Assembly (NCBI GenBank): GCA_026395055.1 | Contig: JAPLZK010000003.1 | Span: 173,987 to 237,986, forward strand | Origin: Candidatus Uhrbacteria bacterium | GTDB lineage: Bacteria > Patescibacteriota > Patescibacteriia > UBA9934 > GWF2-40-263 | Reading direction: 5' to 3' | DNA length: 64,000 bases | In this document: positions 39,921-49,843 of the stretch, piece by piece | Numbering within the stretch: position 1 is the first letter of the stretch | Layout: each line of letters starts with the position of its first letter | Made by a program: the position numbers and the translations under genes | Notes under the pieces: generated by a model | Databases searched by the model: none | The model's input: the letters and a program-made list of their open reading frames with translations, nothing else | What the model was told of the DNA's origin: nothing

Positions 39921-41999
39921 TTATGACTTGTTATCTTCATTTTTCTTTACACCAAAGAGAATTGGTTTGTGTGTCCACTTCCAACCAAAGACGGTATGGA
40001 GATATTGGCGCGCCACATAAATTGCCGTAAACAAACTGAGAACGACTCCAATTCCAAGGGTGAGGGCAAATCCACGAATAAAGCTTGAACTGAACCAGTA
40101 CAACACAACAGAAGAGATGAGTGTGGTGAAGTGACCGTCACGAATTGCAGCCCATGCACGTCGTTCTGCTTCATCTGCGGAGGAGATTAATCCTCTACCT
40201 GATGCGTATTCCTCTTTCAAACGTTCAATAATGAGAACGTTGGCATCAACCGCAATACCAAGAGACAAAACAAGTCCAGCAATACCTGCAAGCGTAATGG
40301 TTACTCCAAAGAGTCTGTACGCAAGCATATTCAATGAAGAGAACAGGAGCAACGCAACAATTGCAATCACACCTGGCAAACGATACATGCCGATCATGTA
40401 AATGGTGACGAGCAAGAATCCGATAAGCGCCGCCATGATACTTTTTTGCAACGAGACAGATCCAAGTGTTGGACCAACAGTTTGTTGTGAAAGCAAGGTG
40501 ACAGGAACAGGAAGCGCACCCGCATTTAAGCGTTGTGCCAAAATCTTTGCTTCATCAAGGGTGAAGTTTCCGGTAATAACCGCACGACCACCATAAATAG
40601 CTGCCTGAACAACAGGAGTTGAAATAGGAGAACCATCAAGAAAAATCGCGATTGGTTTTCCAACGTTTGCGGCAGTGAGTGTTCCAAACAGATCCCCTCC
40701 GTCTTTATCAAACGTGATTCCAACATAAGGATTTCCTGTCTTTTGATCAAATTCTACAACCGCGCTTTGCAATTGCTTTCCAGAAAGTTGTGTGTTTTTC
40801 CAAGGTGACGCTGGAGGCAAAACATCTGCCATGGTGGAAAGCTTCATCGCGATACGTTGAATCTTAAACGCTGGGATCACTTTTTGATCTTGCTTATAAA
40901 TCAAATGGTATCCGAAGTCTGTTTCGACAATATCTGAGATTTTTCCAACAGGAAGCGTTTCTGCAGCCGCTCCAAATGCTGGGACGTATTTATCTGCAGT
41001 TGCGTATCCAAGATCTCCACCATTTGTTGCAGCGCTAGGATCTGTAGAGTTTTTCTTTGCGAGGTCTGCAAAGTTTTGTGGGGTTGCTTCCTTCTTTAAA
41101 TTTGAAATTTGAATATTCGCGTCTATTGCGGACGTATCCTTTGAACATCCCTGCTTGCCCTTTGAACAAATCAAGATGTGCGAAAGATGCATGTTATTTG
41201 CGGTTGTATTTTCAAGCACTTTGAAAATTTCAATAGAACCACCAGATTCAACGGTTTTCCAAAATACAGATCCTGCTTTTGGTTTGTTTTGTGTAAGTGC
41301 TTTTGCGATTTCAGGATATTGGGCAGAATCAGAAGTAATTTTTGGCATTATACCTTTTGTGTCTGCCTTTGCAGCTTCTGTACTTACCTCCGCAACAAGC
41401 TTATCAAAATCTTCTCCTTTTTGTGCACGAAGCAAAACGGCTTGTGCGGCAGCACGGTCTGCCTTTTGCAACTCTGCAAGTTTTGTTTGATCTGCCGCTG
41501 TTGGTTTTGTATCTGTTTTTGATCCTTGTTCTTTAAATTCCAAAACAGGTGTTTCTCCAATTTGTTTAATGGCATCAGAAACATTCAACACACCCGCAAG
41601 TTCCACAATCACACGAGACACTCCGCCTGTTGATGTGGTTTGTACGAGCGGTTCAGAAACACCAAACGCGTTTACACGACGTTCAATCACATCACGAACA
41701 CCAGAAAGAGCGTTTGCGCGATCTTTTTCTGGGATCTCTTTCATGTCCGCAGAATAAACAAGGTGTGTTCCACCCTGCAAATCAAGTCCAAGACGATATG
41801 CATGTTCGTTAAGCACTGGCAAAGAAACGTGCGCTTTCGCTTTTACAAATCCGGCCGTTACATTCCACGCGTGTGGAAAATCATAAAATCCCGCAACAAG
41901 TGTTACGATCAAAAAAACAACGGTTGCAACTTTTGCTTTCCATGGTTTATGAACTTTCTGTGCGTTCTGAGACGTTCGTTTGGTTTTCCAAGTTTGCAT
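39921..41999 (-). CDS. secD: Protein translocase subunit SecD with inserted parvulin (PpiC) PPIase domains
   Basis: LGLDLQGG, RVNAFGVSEP, LNAGALP, VGPTLG, AVDANV.I.ER. Insert has SHILI...FADLAK..STD...NGGDLG...ETDFGYHLI. Confidence 0.95.
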   Translation of the reverse strand: MQTWKTKRTSQNAQKVHKPWKAKVATVVFLIVTLVAGFYDFPHAWNVTAGFVKAKAHVSLPVLNEHAYRLGLDLQGGTHLVYSADMKEIPEKDRANALSGVRDVIERRVNAFGVSEPLVQTTSTGGVSRVIVELAGVLNVSDAIKQIGETPVLEFKEQGSKTDTKPTAADQTKLAELQKADRAAAQAVLLRAQKGEDFDKLVAEVSTEAAKADTKGIMPKITSDSAQYPEIAKALTQNKPKAGSVFWKTVESGGSIEIFKVLENTTANNMHLSHILICSKGKQGCSKDTSAIDANIQISNLKKEATPQNFADLAKKNSTDPSAATNGGDLGYATADKYVPAFGAAAETLPVGKISDIVETDFGYHLIYKQDQKVIPAFKIQRIAMKLSTMADVLPPASPWKNTQLSGKQLQSAVVEFDQKTGNPYVGITFDKDGGDLFGTLTAANVGKPIAIFLDGSPISTPVVQAAIYGGRAVITGNFTLDEAKILAQRLNAGALPVPVTLLSQQTVGPTLGSVSLQKSIMAALIGFLLVTIYMIGMYRLPGVIAIVALLLFSSLNMLAYRLFGVTITLAGIAGLVLSLGIAVDANVLIIERLKEEYASGRGLISSADEAERRAWAAIRDGHFTTLISSVVLYWFSSSFIRGFALTLGIGVVLSLFTAIYVARQYLHTVFGWKWTHKPILFGVKKNEDNKS

Positions 42000-42112
42000 A
42001 GGTTATGTGCGGCGTCCTGACCCAGGATAGATTAAAGAGGGCTAAGAGTCTCGCGCTTAATAATCGCAAGGATAATAAGGGATTTTTGAATCAAACGCAA
42101 GTGGACAAGTTC

Positions 42113-42158
42113 TTGACGTTCCTGCCATTTTCCTGTATTTTGCAAGTTCCATTGGAGG
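42113..42158 (+). promoter_or_regulatory. Accessory-type promoter and SD
   Basis: TTGACG(42113)-17-TATTTT(42136), GGAGG(42154-42158). Confidence 0.6.
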
Positions 42159-42168
42159 GATCCGTATC

Positions 42169-42810
42169 ATGCGACGAAATGAAGAACTTGTATGGGTATT
42201 TGATATGGATGGCACACTCTACTCGAACGTCGAGTTGATGTGGCACGAAACGTTAAAAGAAATGCTCAAATATTTCCGAGACGAACTTCATCTCCCCGTA
42301 GACCTAAGTCTTGCGGAACAAGATCGTCTACGAGACAAATGGAATACACGGCAGACGACGGTCGCCTACTTCAACGAATTCAATCTCGATTTCGATAAAA
42401 TTGTTGAAGCGACACACTTGCCCATCTTGGACATGCTAATGATGGAGGGCCGAACAGGCCTACATTCGATCGCAGATCTTCCTGGAAGGAAAATTGTTCT
42501 GACGAATTCTCCGGAAGCATTTGCTCACGCTCTTTTGAAGAAGCTTGGAATTCACCAATACTTCGACGAAGTTCTTGGCATCCGTGGCGATCTGCAACAC
42601 GCAAAGCCAAATCCGCTCAGCTACGCGCGTGTCGTTACGGGACAAAGAACGATCATGGTTGAAGACTGGGAGGAAAACCTTCGTCTTCCACACATAAACG
42701 GCTGGACAACGGTCTGGTTCCCAGAATCCGACAAACCGCGCCCAACCACATTCCCCACACACGTTCATCACGAAATTCAGTCGCTTGCTGAACTCGCAAA
42801 CCTCGTCTAA
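42169..42810 (+). CDS. HAD-family hydrolase (pyrimidine 5'-nucleotidase-like)
   Basis: WVFDMDGTLY, LTNS, KP, MVED...NL, GWTTV. Confidence 0.85.
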   Translation: MRRNEELVWVFDMDGTLYSNVELMWHETLKEMLKYFRDELHLPVDLSLAEQDRLRDKWNTRQTTVAYFNEFNLDFDKIVEATHLPILDMLMMEGRTGLHSIADLPGRKIVLTNSPEAFAHALLKKLGIHQYFDEVLGIRGDLQHAKPNPLSYARVVTGQRTIMVEDWEENLRLPHINGWTTVWFPESDKPRPTTFPTHVHHEIQSLAELANLV

Positions 42811-42838
42811 ACCCGTCCCAGTCCTTGGGCCGGTTTTT

Positions 42839-43108
42839 TTATAGCCGTTCCGCAATTAAATATCGACAACCTTCCATACCAACGACTGCCACATGGCTTG
42901 TTCCGCGTGGAATCTCAAAATAATCATGTGCACCAAGATGAACGGTCTGATAGCCAATCGTCACTTCAATATCACCTGAGAAGATAACGATCTTGTGATC
43001 CCGATCATGCGCGTGTTCATCTTCTGCTTCATGCGCGAACGCATCTCGAAACAACAGGTTGTCATACCCGTCATGCAGCAATTCCTCGATCCATTCAGAT
43101 TCTGTCAT
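42839..43108 (-). CDS. Cupin domain protein
   Basis: EHAH, IFSG.IEV, IPRGTSH...VG.EGC.Y. Confidence 0.8.
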   Translation of the reverse strand: MTESEWIEELLHDGYDNLLFRDAFAHEAEDEHAHDRDHKIVIFSGDIEVTIGYQTVHLGAHDYFEIPRGTSHVAVVGMEGCRYLIAERL

Positions 43109-43114
43109 AGAATC

Positions 43115-43282
43115 TTAAGAGGTTGTCTCTTCGTCTTTTGGAATTTCCGCAACTACTTTCGTTTTATCATACGAACAGACCCACTTCACACGCTCAATCG
43201 GTTTTCCCGTATTTGCGTCAGATGCGGAATCGCGACTTTGAACAGACATTTCGTAACCGCAACCGGATTTCGGACAGACCAT
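43115..43282 (-). CDS. Small (55 aa) hypothetical protein, possible degenerate Zn ribbon
   Basis: Manual translation MVCPKSGCGYEMSVQSRDSASDANTGKPIERVKWVCSYDKTKVVAEIPKDEETTS*. Fills the gap between two co-oriented genes. Confidence 0.55.
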   Translation of the reverse strand: MVCPKSGCGYEMSVQSRDSASDANTGKPIERVKWVCSYDKTKVVAEIPKDEETTS

Positions 43283-43299
43283 AAAAAATAATTTAATGA

Positions 43300-43809
43300 C
43301 TAAACATCATTCGGAACAACAATCTCTTTTGGCAACTCAGCAAAGTGTTTTATCTCAATTTTTTCCGCACCATCAATAAACGCTTTTGTTAGACGATGAA
43401 TTCCATCCACAACAACGTTGTCTATAACTATAATTGGAAATTGTTTATAATCAGCCCTCTGAATTTTAAGGAGTTCATCCTTCCAATCTGGATGACGGGT
43501 AATCAGATCACTCCATTTCGTTTCTCCCTGAAACATTGCCGCTTCTTGGATGATTTGTGCTGGGCCAAGCCATTCCCCATTTGAATCATGCCAATAATTA
43601 TTCCCCTCTTCCACAGAAGATTCTAATCGTGAAAGATCTACAAATTGTGTTTCCAAGCCTTTTGAGAGTTCAATCAATTTATAAACATCAATGGTTTGAT
43701 CTTCAAATCCGGCTACATGTTTGTTATCAGGTGTTGATTCGATTGGGAACGTCTTTGCACCTGATTGCGATCGCAATACCTCACTCATAGAGTTAGGTTG
43801 TTCTCCCAT
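43300..43809 (-). CDS. Hypothetical protein with ParB/sulfiredoxin-like motif
   Basis: AD...PIIV....VVDG.HRL.KA. Confidence 0.6.
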   Translation of the reverse strand: MGEQPNSMSEVLRSQSGAKTFPIESTPDNKHVAGFEDQTIDVYKLIELSKGLETQFVDLSRLESSVEEGNNYWHDSNGEWLGPAQIIQEAAMFQGETKWSDLITRHPDWKDELLKIQRADYKQFPIIVIDNVVVDGIHRLTKAFIDGAEKIEIKHFAELPKEIVVPNDV

Positions 43810-43864
43810 AGGACATTAAAATAGATATTCAGTACAAGCATCATACACAAATACACATCATCAG

Positions 43865-43894
43865 AAAACAACAACCCATTTGGGTTGTTGTTTT
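43865..43894 (-). terminator. Terminator after secA
   Basis: AAAACAACAACCCA-TT-TGGGTTGTTGTTTT. Confidence 0.8.
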
Positions 43895-43896
43895 GT

Positions 43897-46659
43897 TTAT
43901 GCTCCGTGACACTTCTTATATTTCTTTCCGCTTCCACACGTACATGGATCATTTCTTCCCACCTTGTCATCATTCGATGTGCTTGCAACGGACGAATGTT
44001 CATTTGATGTTGTGGGTGCGCCTGCGAGGCGTACGCCCGCACGACTCAGGAGAGAGTCGTTGAGTTGCGCCTGAACCTTCATGTCCACAGCATGGCGAGC
44101 GAATTTGAAGAACGAGAATGTGACATCTTGGTTAATGACCGTGAGAAGCTGTTGGAACATGTCGTATCCTTCACGCTTATACTCAATCAAAGGATCACGC
44201 TGACCGTACCCTCTAAGGCCAATACCTGTTCTAAGAGATGTCATTGCAGACAAGTGCTCAATCCAAAGCATGTCGATGCTTCTGATGAGTGTTGCACGTT
44301 CAATGTGATAAACATCCATCTTTACTTCAAACAAGTCATGGATTTTGCGATACTCGTCTTTCACAACAGACATGATTGTATCAATCATCTTTGTGCGAGT
44401 TTCTACAACGTCATGCTTGTCCTTTGCGTTGTGAATGGTTATTGCTTCTAGTTTTGATTTGGATTCCGGATCAAGGGTGACGATTGTGTTCACGGTTTCA
44501 ATGATTTCTTTTGTATTCCAGTCCCCTGACCCGACGTCTTCCGCCCCTTCTGCTTTATGTACAGGGGAAAGAACTTTTTCACCCGTGTGAAATAAGACAA
44601 CTTGCTCTACTTCCCCTTCGATAATATCAAGAACGCGTTCCTTTAACGTTTCTGGTTCTTTTTCAAATGCCTCAAGCACTTCAATACGACGACCATAAAT
44701 AACTTCACGATGCTTGTTTAAAACATCATCGTATTCAAGCAAGTGCTTACGCATATCAAAGTTATGACCCTCAACACGCACCTGCGCTTTTTCAATGGAA
44801 CTTGTGATCATGCCGTTCTCAATAGGCATATCGTCTGGAATTCCGAGTCTGTCCATCATGTTTTTTGCGCGATCTGAACCGAAGATACGCATCAGGTCAT
44901 CTTCCATGGAGATATAAAATTGTGTAGAACCAGGATCCCCTTGTCGACCAGATCGACCACGGAGCTGGTTGTCGATGCGTCTCGATTCATGACGTTCTGT
45001 TCCAAGAACGTGTAATCCTCCCAATTCTCGAACACGAGCTTCGTCCTCTTTTGTTCCTGGATTTCCTCCGAGCTTAATGTCTACTCCACGACCAGCCATG
45101 TTTGTCGCAACCGTTACAGCCCCAACACGACCGGCCTGCGCAATGATTTCTCCTTCACGCGCGTGGTTTTTTGCATTCAAAATTTCATGCTTTACTCCAG
45201 CACTCGTTAGCAATTCAGAAAGCAATTCGTTTTTTTCAACAGACGCCGTACCAACAAGAACGGGTTGTCCAGCGAATTGGCGTTCTTTAATTTCACGAAT
45301 CACTGCCTCAAACTTTCCAAGTTCAGATTTAAACACACGATCCGGAAGATCTTTACGCGCAACCGCAACGTTCGTTGGAATCTCTGTCACTTCGAGCTTA
45401 TAGATCTTTGAGAATTCTTCTGCTTCTGTTGCGGCAGTTCCTGTCATTCCAGACAGCTTAGTATACATGCGGAAATAATTTTGGAACGTGATTGTGGCGA
45501 GTGTCTGACTTTCATTTTGAATAGGGACGCCTTCTTTTGCTTCAATCGCTTGGTGAATTCCTTCTGAGAAACGTCGGCCCTGCATGAGGCGACCTGTAAA
45601 TTCATCAACAATAAGGACTTCATTGTTTTGCACAACGTAGTGAACATCTTTTTGATAGTTTGCACGCGCGCGAAGCGCAGAATCCGCAAATCGCTGAAAC
45701 ATGATTCCAGAACCTGCTGCATACAAGTTTTCAATTCCAAGGGCTTTTTCAATTTTTTCAACACCCGCATCTGTAAACGCGGCCGTGCGAAGTTTTTCAT
45801 CAACGTTATAATCTTCATTTTCGATGAGCGTTTTTGTGATGTGCGCTAAACGCACATACAGCTCATTCGATTTTTCTGCCGGAGCGGAAATAATAAGTGG
45901 TGTACGCGCTTCATCAATCAAAATAGAGTCGATTTCATCAACGATGGCGAAATGGAGGCCGCGCATAACCATGTCTTGAACGGTTGGCGCCATGTTGTCA
46001 CGCAAATAATCAAACCCGTATTGGTTATTTGTACCGTACGTGATATCTGCCTTATACGCATCTCTGCGATCAACTGGACGCAAAAAATCTTCACGAACTT
46101 TAAACGATTCGATTTGGATCTGTTCTTCTGATCCCACTTCTTGTTCTGGATGTTTGAATAAAGGATCGTACAATAATCCAGTTTCATGCTGAATAACTCC
46201 AATACTCATTCCAAGGAAATGAAAAATTTGCCCCATCCAAACCGCGTCACGACGCGCAAGATAATCATTCACGGTGACAAGGTGACATCCTTTTCCTTCA
46301 AGAGCGTTCGCGTACAGTGCGAGCGTGGAGGTAAGGGTCTTTCCTTCACCCGTGCGCATTTCTGCAATCATTCCTCTGTACAAAACAATTCCACCCATGA
46401 GCTGGACATCAAAGTGTCTTTGACCGAGTGTGCGCTTTGAAGCTTCTCTTACAACCGCAAACGCTTCATACAAAAGACTATCAACACTTCTTCCTTGTGC
46501 GATCATTTCACGAAACTCAACTGTCTTGTGTTTCAGCGCTTCATCCGAAAGCATGCTGATCTCACCTTCCAGTTTATTGATTTTTTCTACTTCACCCTGT
46601 AATTCCGCAATCACCTTTTTATTCGGGTCTCCAAAAATCAGATTATAGAATTTGCTCAT
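43897..46659 (-). CDS. secA: Preprotein translocase ATPase SecA
   Basis: EMRTGEGKT, VTVNDYLA, VDEIDSILIDEARTPLIIS, NMAGRG.DI, SEC-C GRNDPC.CGSGKKYKKCH. Confidence 0.98.
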   Translation of the reverse strand: MSKFYNLIFGDPNKKVIAELQGEVEKINKLEGEISMLSDEALKHKTVEFREMIAQGRSVDSLLYEAFAVVREASKRTLGQRHFDVQLMGGIVLYRGMIAEMRTGEGKTLTSTLALYANALEGKGCHLVTVNDYLARRDAVWMGQIFHFLGMSIGVIQHETGLLYDPLFKHPEQEVGSEEQIQIESFKVREDFLRPVDRRDAYKADITYGTNNQYGFDYLRDNMAPTVQDMVMRGLHFAIVDEIDSILIDEARTPLIISAPAEKSNELYVRLAHITKTLIENEDYNVDEKLRTAAFTDAGVEKIEKALGIENLYAAGSGIMFQRFADSALRARANYQKDVHYVVQNNEVLIVDEFTGRLMQGRRFSEGIHQAIEAKEGVPIQNESQTLATITFQNYFRMYTKLSGMTGTAATEAEEFSKIYKLEVTEIPTNVAVARKDLPDRVFKSELGKFEAVIREIKERQFAGQPVLVGTASVEKNELLSELLTSAGVKHEILNAKNHAREGEIIAQAGRVGAVTVATNMAGRGVDIKLGGNPGTKEDEARVRELGGLHVLGTERHESRRIDNQLRGRSGRQGDPGSTQFYISMEDDLMRIFGSDRAKNMMDRLGIPDDMPIENGMITSSIEKAQVRVEGHNFDMRKHLLEYDDVLNKHREVIYGRRIEVLEAFEKEPETLKERVLDIIEGEVEQVVLFHTGEKVLSPVHKAEGAEDVGSGDWNTKEIIETVNTIVTLDPESKSKLEAITIHNAKDKHDVVETRTKMIDTIMSVVKDEYRKIHDLFEVKMDVYHIERATLIRSIDMLWIEHLSAMTSLRTGIGLRGYGQRDPLIEYKREGYDMFQQLLTVINQDVTFSFFKFARHAVDMKVQAQLNDSLLSRAGVRLAGAPTTSNEHSSVASTSNDDKVGRNDPCTCGSGKKYKKCHGA

Positions 46660-46733
46660 ACGCGGCGTATTATTCCGTTTTTCATGTGATAAATCAAGAG
46701 GAGAGGCTCGAAAGCCTCCCCTGCTTCTTATTT

Positions 46734-47078
46734 CTATTCTTTTCCTGGTCTTGGGCCTCTGTTTTGATCAATAGATTTTTCTTTCTTATCAACGAGCTGA
46801 CGTTTAATTTCATCTCGAACTTCGTCAATGACCGCATATAAATCTTCTCCTTCAGCCTTTGCAGTCAAAATCGTGCCTGGAACATCCATGTGAAACTCTG
46901 CGAAATAATATGGACCACTGGTGTGATGTTGTGAAGTTTTTCCGAGTTCTACGCGAAGCTCTGCTGTAGATTCAAAATGAGAGGTTAGTTTCTCAAGAAC
47001 TTCTGCACGCTCCTCAACGTATTGTTTAATAGCGTCTGTGAGATCCATGTTCGTTCCGAGAATCGATGAAATTTTCAT
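46734..47078 (-). CDS. hpf: Ribosome hibernation factor HPF/RaiA (short)
   Basis: N..LTDAI..YV, DLYA.ID...D...RQL. Located upstream of secA. Confidence 0.88.
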   Translation of the reverse strand: MKISSILGTNMDLTDAIKQYVEERAEVLEKLTSHFESTAELRVELGKTSQHHTSGPYYFAEFHMDVPGTILTAKAEGEDLYAVIDEVRDEIKRQLVDKKEKSIDQNRGPRPGKE

Positions 47079-47096
47079 AAAGCGACGTAAAAAAAA

Positions 47097-48062
47097 TTAA
47101 AACCCGACGTACTGAACTTCCTCTTGTAAAATTATACCATACGTATCCCGAGCTCGTGTTTTAATAAACGCAATCAATTGAACGATCTCATCTGCTGTTG
47201 CGCTTCCCGTATTTACCAAGAAATTTCCGTGCACATCACTGACTTTTGCTCCGCCAATTTGAAATCCCTTTAAATCTAACTGGTCGATGATCCAGCCCGC
47301 CGAGATTCGACGAGCTAGGACCACCTCTGAAGGTAAATCGATCTTGGATTGAATTCGTTGCAAGTCTTCATCTGACGCAATTTCATAATTCTTAAACATA
47401 CAACCAGCAGATCCGGCATCGAGTGGCTGAGATGCTTTGCGTTTGGCCAAGTTTGATTCCATTACTTGCTTGATGGTATTGCAATCACCCGGCAATAAGT
47501 TAAATGTTGCCGATAAGACAATGTCAGATGAATGTTTTATGGCGGATTCTCTGTATCCAAACGCAAGTTCTGCGCTTGATCGTGCGACAACTTCCCCATT
47601 TGAAAGAACAAACACCTCAACAAGATGATCTTTCGTCTCTCCTCCAAAACATCCGGCATTTCCCCGAACCGCACCACCAACCGTTCCGGGCAATGTGATT
47701 GCCCATTCAAGTCCGGCGAGACATGCTTCACCCACTTTTCTGGAAAGAAGGATCATAGGAACCCCCGCACCTACTTGAACACTATTTTTATCAATAAAAA
47801 TTTCACGCATGAGAAGTCTGATCATGATTCCATCAAACCCTTGATCTGCCACAAGCATGTTTGATCCACCTCCAATAATTACGCTCGCGATTTCGTTTGT
47901 CTGTGCAATTGATAAAACTTGTTTCAATTCATCAATAGATCTCACTTCCACAAAATATTTTGCTGGCCCTCCAATACGAAAATTGGTGTACTTACTCATG
48001 GGCTCGTTTTCTTTTACACGATTCGAAACGACCGTTTTCAATTGTTCTAAAACATCTTGCAT
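47097..48062 (-). CDS. murB: UDP-N-acetylmuramate dehydrogenase
   Basis: T.FRIGGPA, GGGSN.L, PGTVGGAV.GNAG, FGYRES, SAGC.FKN, H.NF.VN. Confidence 0.96.
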   Translation of the reverse strand: MQDVLEQLKTVVSNRVKENEPMSKYTNFRIGGPAKYFVEVRSIDELKQVLSIAQTNEIASVIIGGGSNMLVADQGFDGIMIRLLMREIFIDKNSVQVGAGVPMILLSRKVGEACLAGLEWAITLPGTVGGAVRGNAGCFGGETKDHLVEVFVLSNGEVVARSSAELAFGYRESAIKHSSDIVLSATFNLLPGDCNTIKQVMESNLAKRKASQPLDAGSAGCMFKNYEIASDEDLQRIQSKIDLPSEVVLARRISAGWIIDQLDLKGFQIGGAKVSDVHGNFLVNTGSATADEIVQLIAFIKTRARDTYGIILQEEVQYVGF

Positions 48063-48089
48063 AGTGAAAACAGTTTACCATTGACCAAT

Positions 48090-48114
48090 AAAAAAACCAG
48101 CCTCGAGAGACTGG
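48090..48114 (-). terminator. Terminator of Cys-repeat gene 2
   Basis: Minus strand CCAGTCTC-TC-GAGGCTGG-TTTTTTT. Confidence 0.7.
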
Positions 48115-48121
48115 AGAGACG

Positions 48122-49726
48122 TTACTTACAACCCGGTGTCCATTTATGTGTGCAGGTGTTCCCAATACAGGCATCAACCGTGCACCCCTGACCATCGTCG
48201 TTGCATACACCCTCTTGCGGGTTTGCATATGGGAGGAAAACACATCCTTTCTTTGCTTCATCACACGCGTCCGACGTGCACCCGTTTCCATCACTACACA
48301 CGTATGCGTCATGAACGGAACACATCGAATCTTTGCACTTGTCGTTGATGGTACACAGGAGTCCATCGTCGCATTTCAGGGCGTTTGGAACGTGCGTACA
48401 GAGCATGCTTGCACAGACATCTGTTGTGCAAACGTTTCCGTCGTCCAAACATTTTGTGCCATCCGGTTCTTGCGGGTGCATGCATTTGCCGTCCGCGCAT
48501 TTGTCTTGCGTACAGGCATTACCATCATCCGTGCATTTGCCGTCAGATGACGCAGCGTGTTTGCAACCCGTGAATGGATCACACGAATCCGTTGTGCACG
48601 GATCGTTGTCGTTGCAATTCAACGTACTTCCGCCGATGCATGTCCCCGCAGCGCACTGTGAAAGTGCGGTGCAAATATTTGCGTCATCACAGGCAGAACT
48701 GGTGAGAGGTGTATGTTTGCATCCACCATCAGTGTTGCAGACATCTGTCGTACAGCTATTGCCGTCGTCGCAGAGATCTTCATCGGTCTTGCCGTCACAA
48801 TCGTCATCCTTTCCATTACAGGTTTCGGGTGACGCATCCGGCGCATTGCAGATGGCTTTGCCGTCGCTGCAGGCAATGAACTTTCCAAGGCATGTGCCGA
48901 ATTCGTTCTTCTTGTCACATTGAACACCAAATGTATTCTCGTCGATGTTGTCCGTCTTTGCATCGCAGTTGTCGTCTTTCCCGTTACAGATTTCCTGTTC
49001 AGGGACTTGACCGACACATCCAGACAATCCATTCACCGTACACGTACGAGTACCCGCACAAGACCCAAAAGGATTTGTGTTGGCACAGGCCGTAGAAAAA
49101 CCTTTCTGGATGGCAAAGGGCGAACACGCACATGTTGCGTTTCCAGAAGGGAGACACTGTGAGCTTCCAGCCCCGCTCTTTGGATCCGTGACGAATTTGC
49201 ACGTATATCCTTTGGGGCAATCATCGCTCACTGGGTCACAGGTCACTCCACAAAAACTCCCCGCGTCACCATGACTGATGCACGCATTGTTCGAGTCTTT
49301 GGCAAAGTTGCATTGATCGTTTGTCGTGCACGGATTACACAGGTTCAACAAGCGAGAAACACAGACGAACTGAACATCTGTTCCACCACCTACAACCTGT
49401 CCGCATGCGTATCCACTTTGACACGACTGTACACAGATCATCGAGCACTTTTTCCCGTTCTCTGTTTGTAAACAAAGACCGGAATCACAATCATCTGAAT
49501 GTTCACACGCGTAGCCAAACTGACCCGGCGTGATCATGACATCACTTTGCGTTGAGACAAGTACGTCCGTGAACACATCTGCCGTGAGTACCGCATCGAG
49601 TTTTGCATCTCCCGCAACGTCTGCGTTCGATGTGTCCCCATTGGACGGCGCTAAGATCTGATCAGTACCACATCCAATCGATGTGCAGATGAGGCAAAAA
49701 AGACAGATTTTTTGAGAGAGCGTCAT
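48122..49726 (-). CDS. Cysteine-rich repeat putative lipoprotein (two C-N-G-K-D-D-x-C-D motifs plus 8 Dictyostelium/myxobacterial CxDGNxCTxDxC repeats)
   Basis: MTLSQKICLFCLICTSIG|C lipobox-like, Asp-rich linker, EICNGKDDNCD and ETCNGKDDDCD. AGGAGG 8 nt before ATG 49726. Confidence 0.85.
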   Translation of the reverse strand: MTLSQKICLFCLICTSIGCGTDQILAPSNGDTSNADVAGDAKLDAVLTADVFTDVLVSTQSDVMITPGQFGYACEHSDDCDSGLCLQTENGKKCSMICVQSCQSGYACGQVVGGGTDVQFVCVSRLLNLCNPCTTNDQCNFAKDSNNACISHGDAGSFCGVTCDPVSDDCPKGYTCKFVTDPKSGAGSSQCLPSGNATCACSPFAIQKGFSTACANTNPFGSCAGTRTCTVNGLSGCVGQVPEQEICNGKDDNCDAKTDNIDENTFGVQCDKKNEFGTCLGKFIACSDGKAICNAPDASPETCNGKDDDCDGKTDEDLCDDGNSCTTDVCNTDGGCKHTPLTSSACDDANICTALSQCAAGTCIGGSTLNCNDNDPCTTDSCDPFTGCKHAASSDGKCTDDGNACTQDKCADGKCMHPQEPDGTKCLDDGNVCTTDVCASMLCTHVPNALKCDDGLLCTINDKCKDSMCSVHDAYVCSDGNGCTSDACDEAKKGCVFLPYANPQEGVCNDDGQGCTVDACIGNTCTHKWTPGCK

Positions 49727-49734
49727 CAAGGAAA

Positions 49735-49795
49735 CCTCCTGGCATGGGCAAGCAACATGCCCAGAGATCTTTTCAGAAAAAAATGAAATTGTCAA
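49735..49795 (-). promoter_or_regulatory. Accessory-type promoter, 5' hairpin and SD
   Basis: TTGACA(49795-49790)-17-AAAGAT, GGCATG...CATGCC hairpin, AGGAGG(49740-49735). Confidence 0.6.
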
Positions 49796-49805
49796 TAGTT
49801 TAGAT

Positions 49806-49836
49806 AAAAAAATCCTCCTTTCAGGTGAAAGAAGGA
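49806..49836 (-). terminator. Terminator of Cys-repeat gene 1
   Basis: Minus strand TCCTTCTTTCA-CC-TGAAAGGAGGA-TTTTTTT. Confidence 0.7.
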
Positions 49837-49843
49837 AGAGGTG

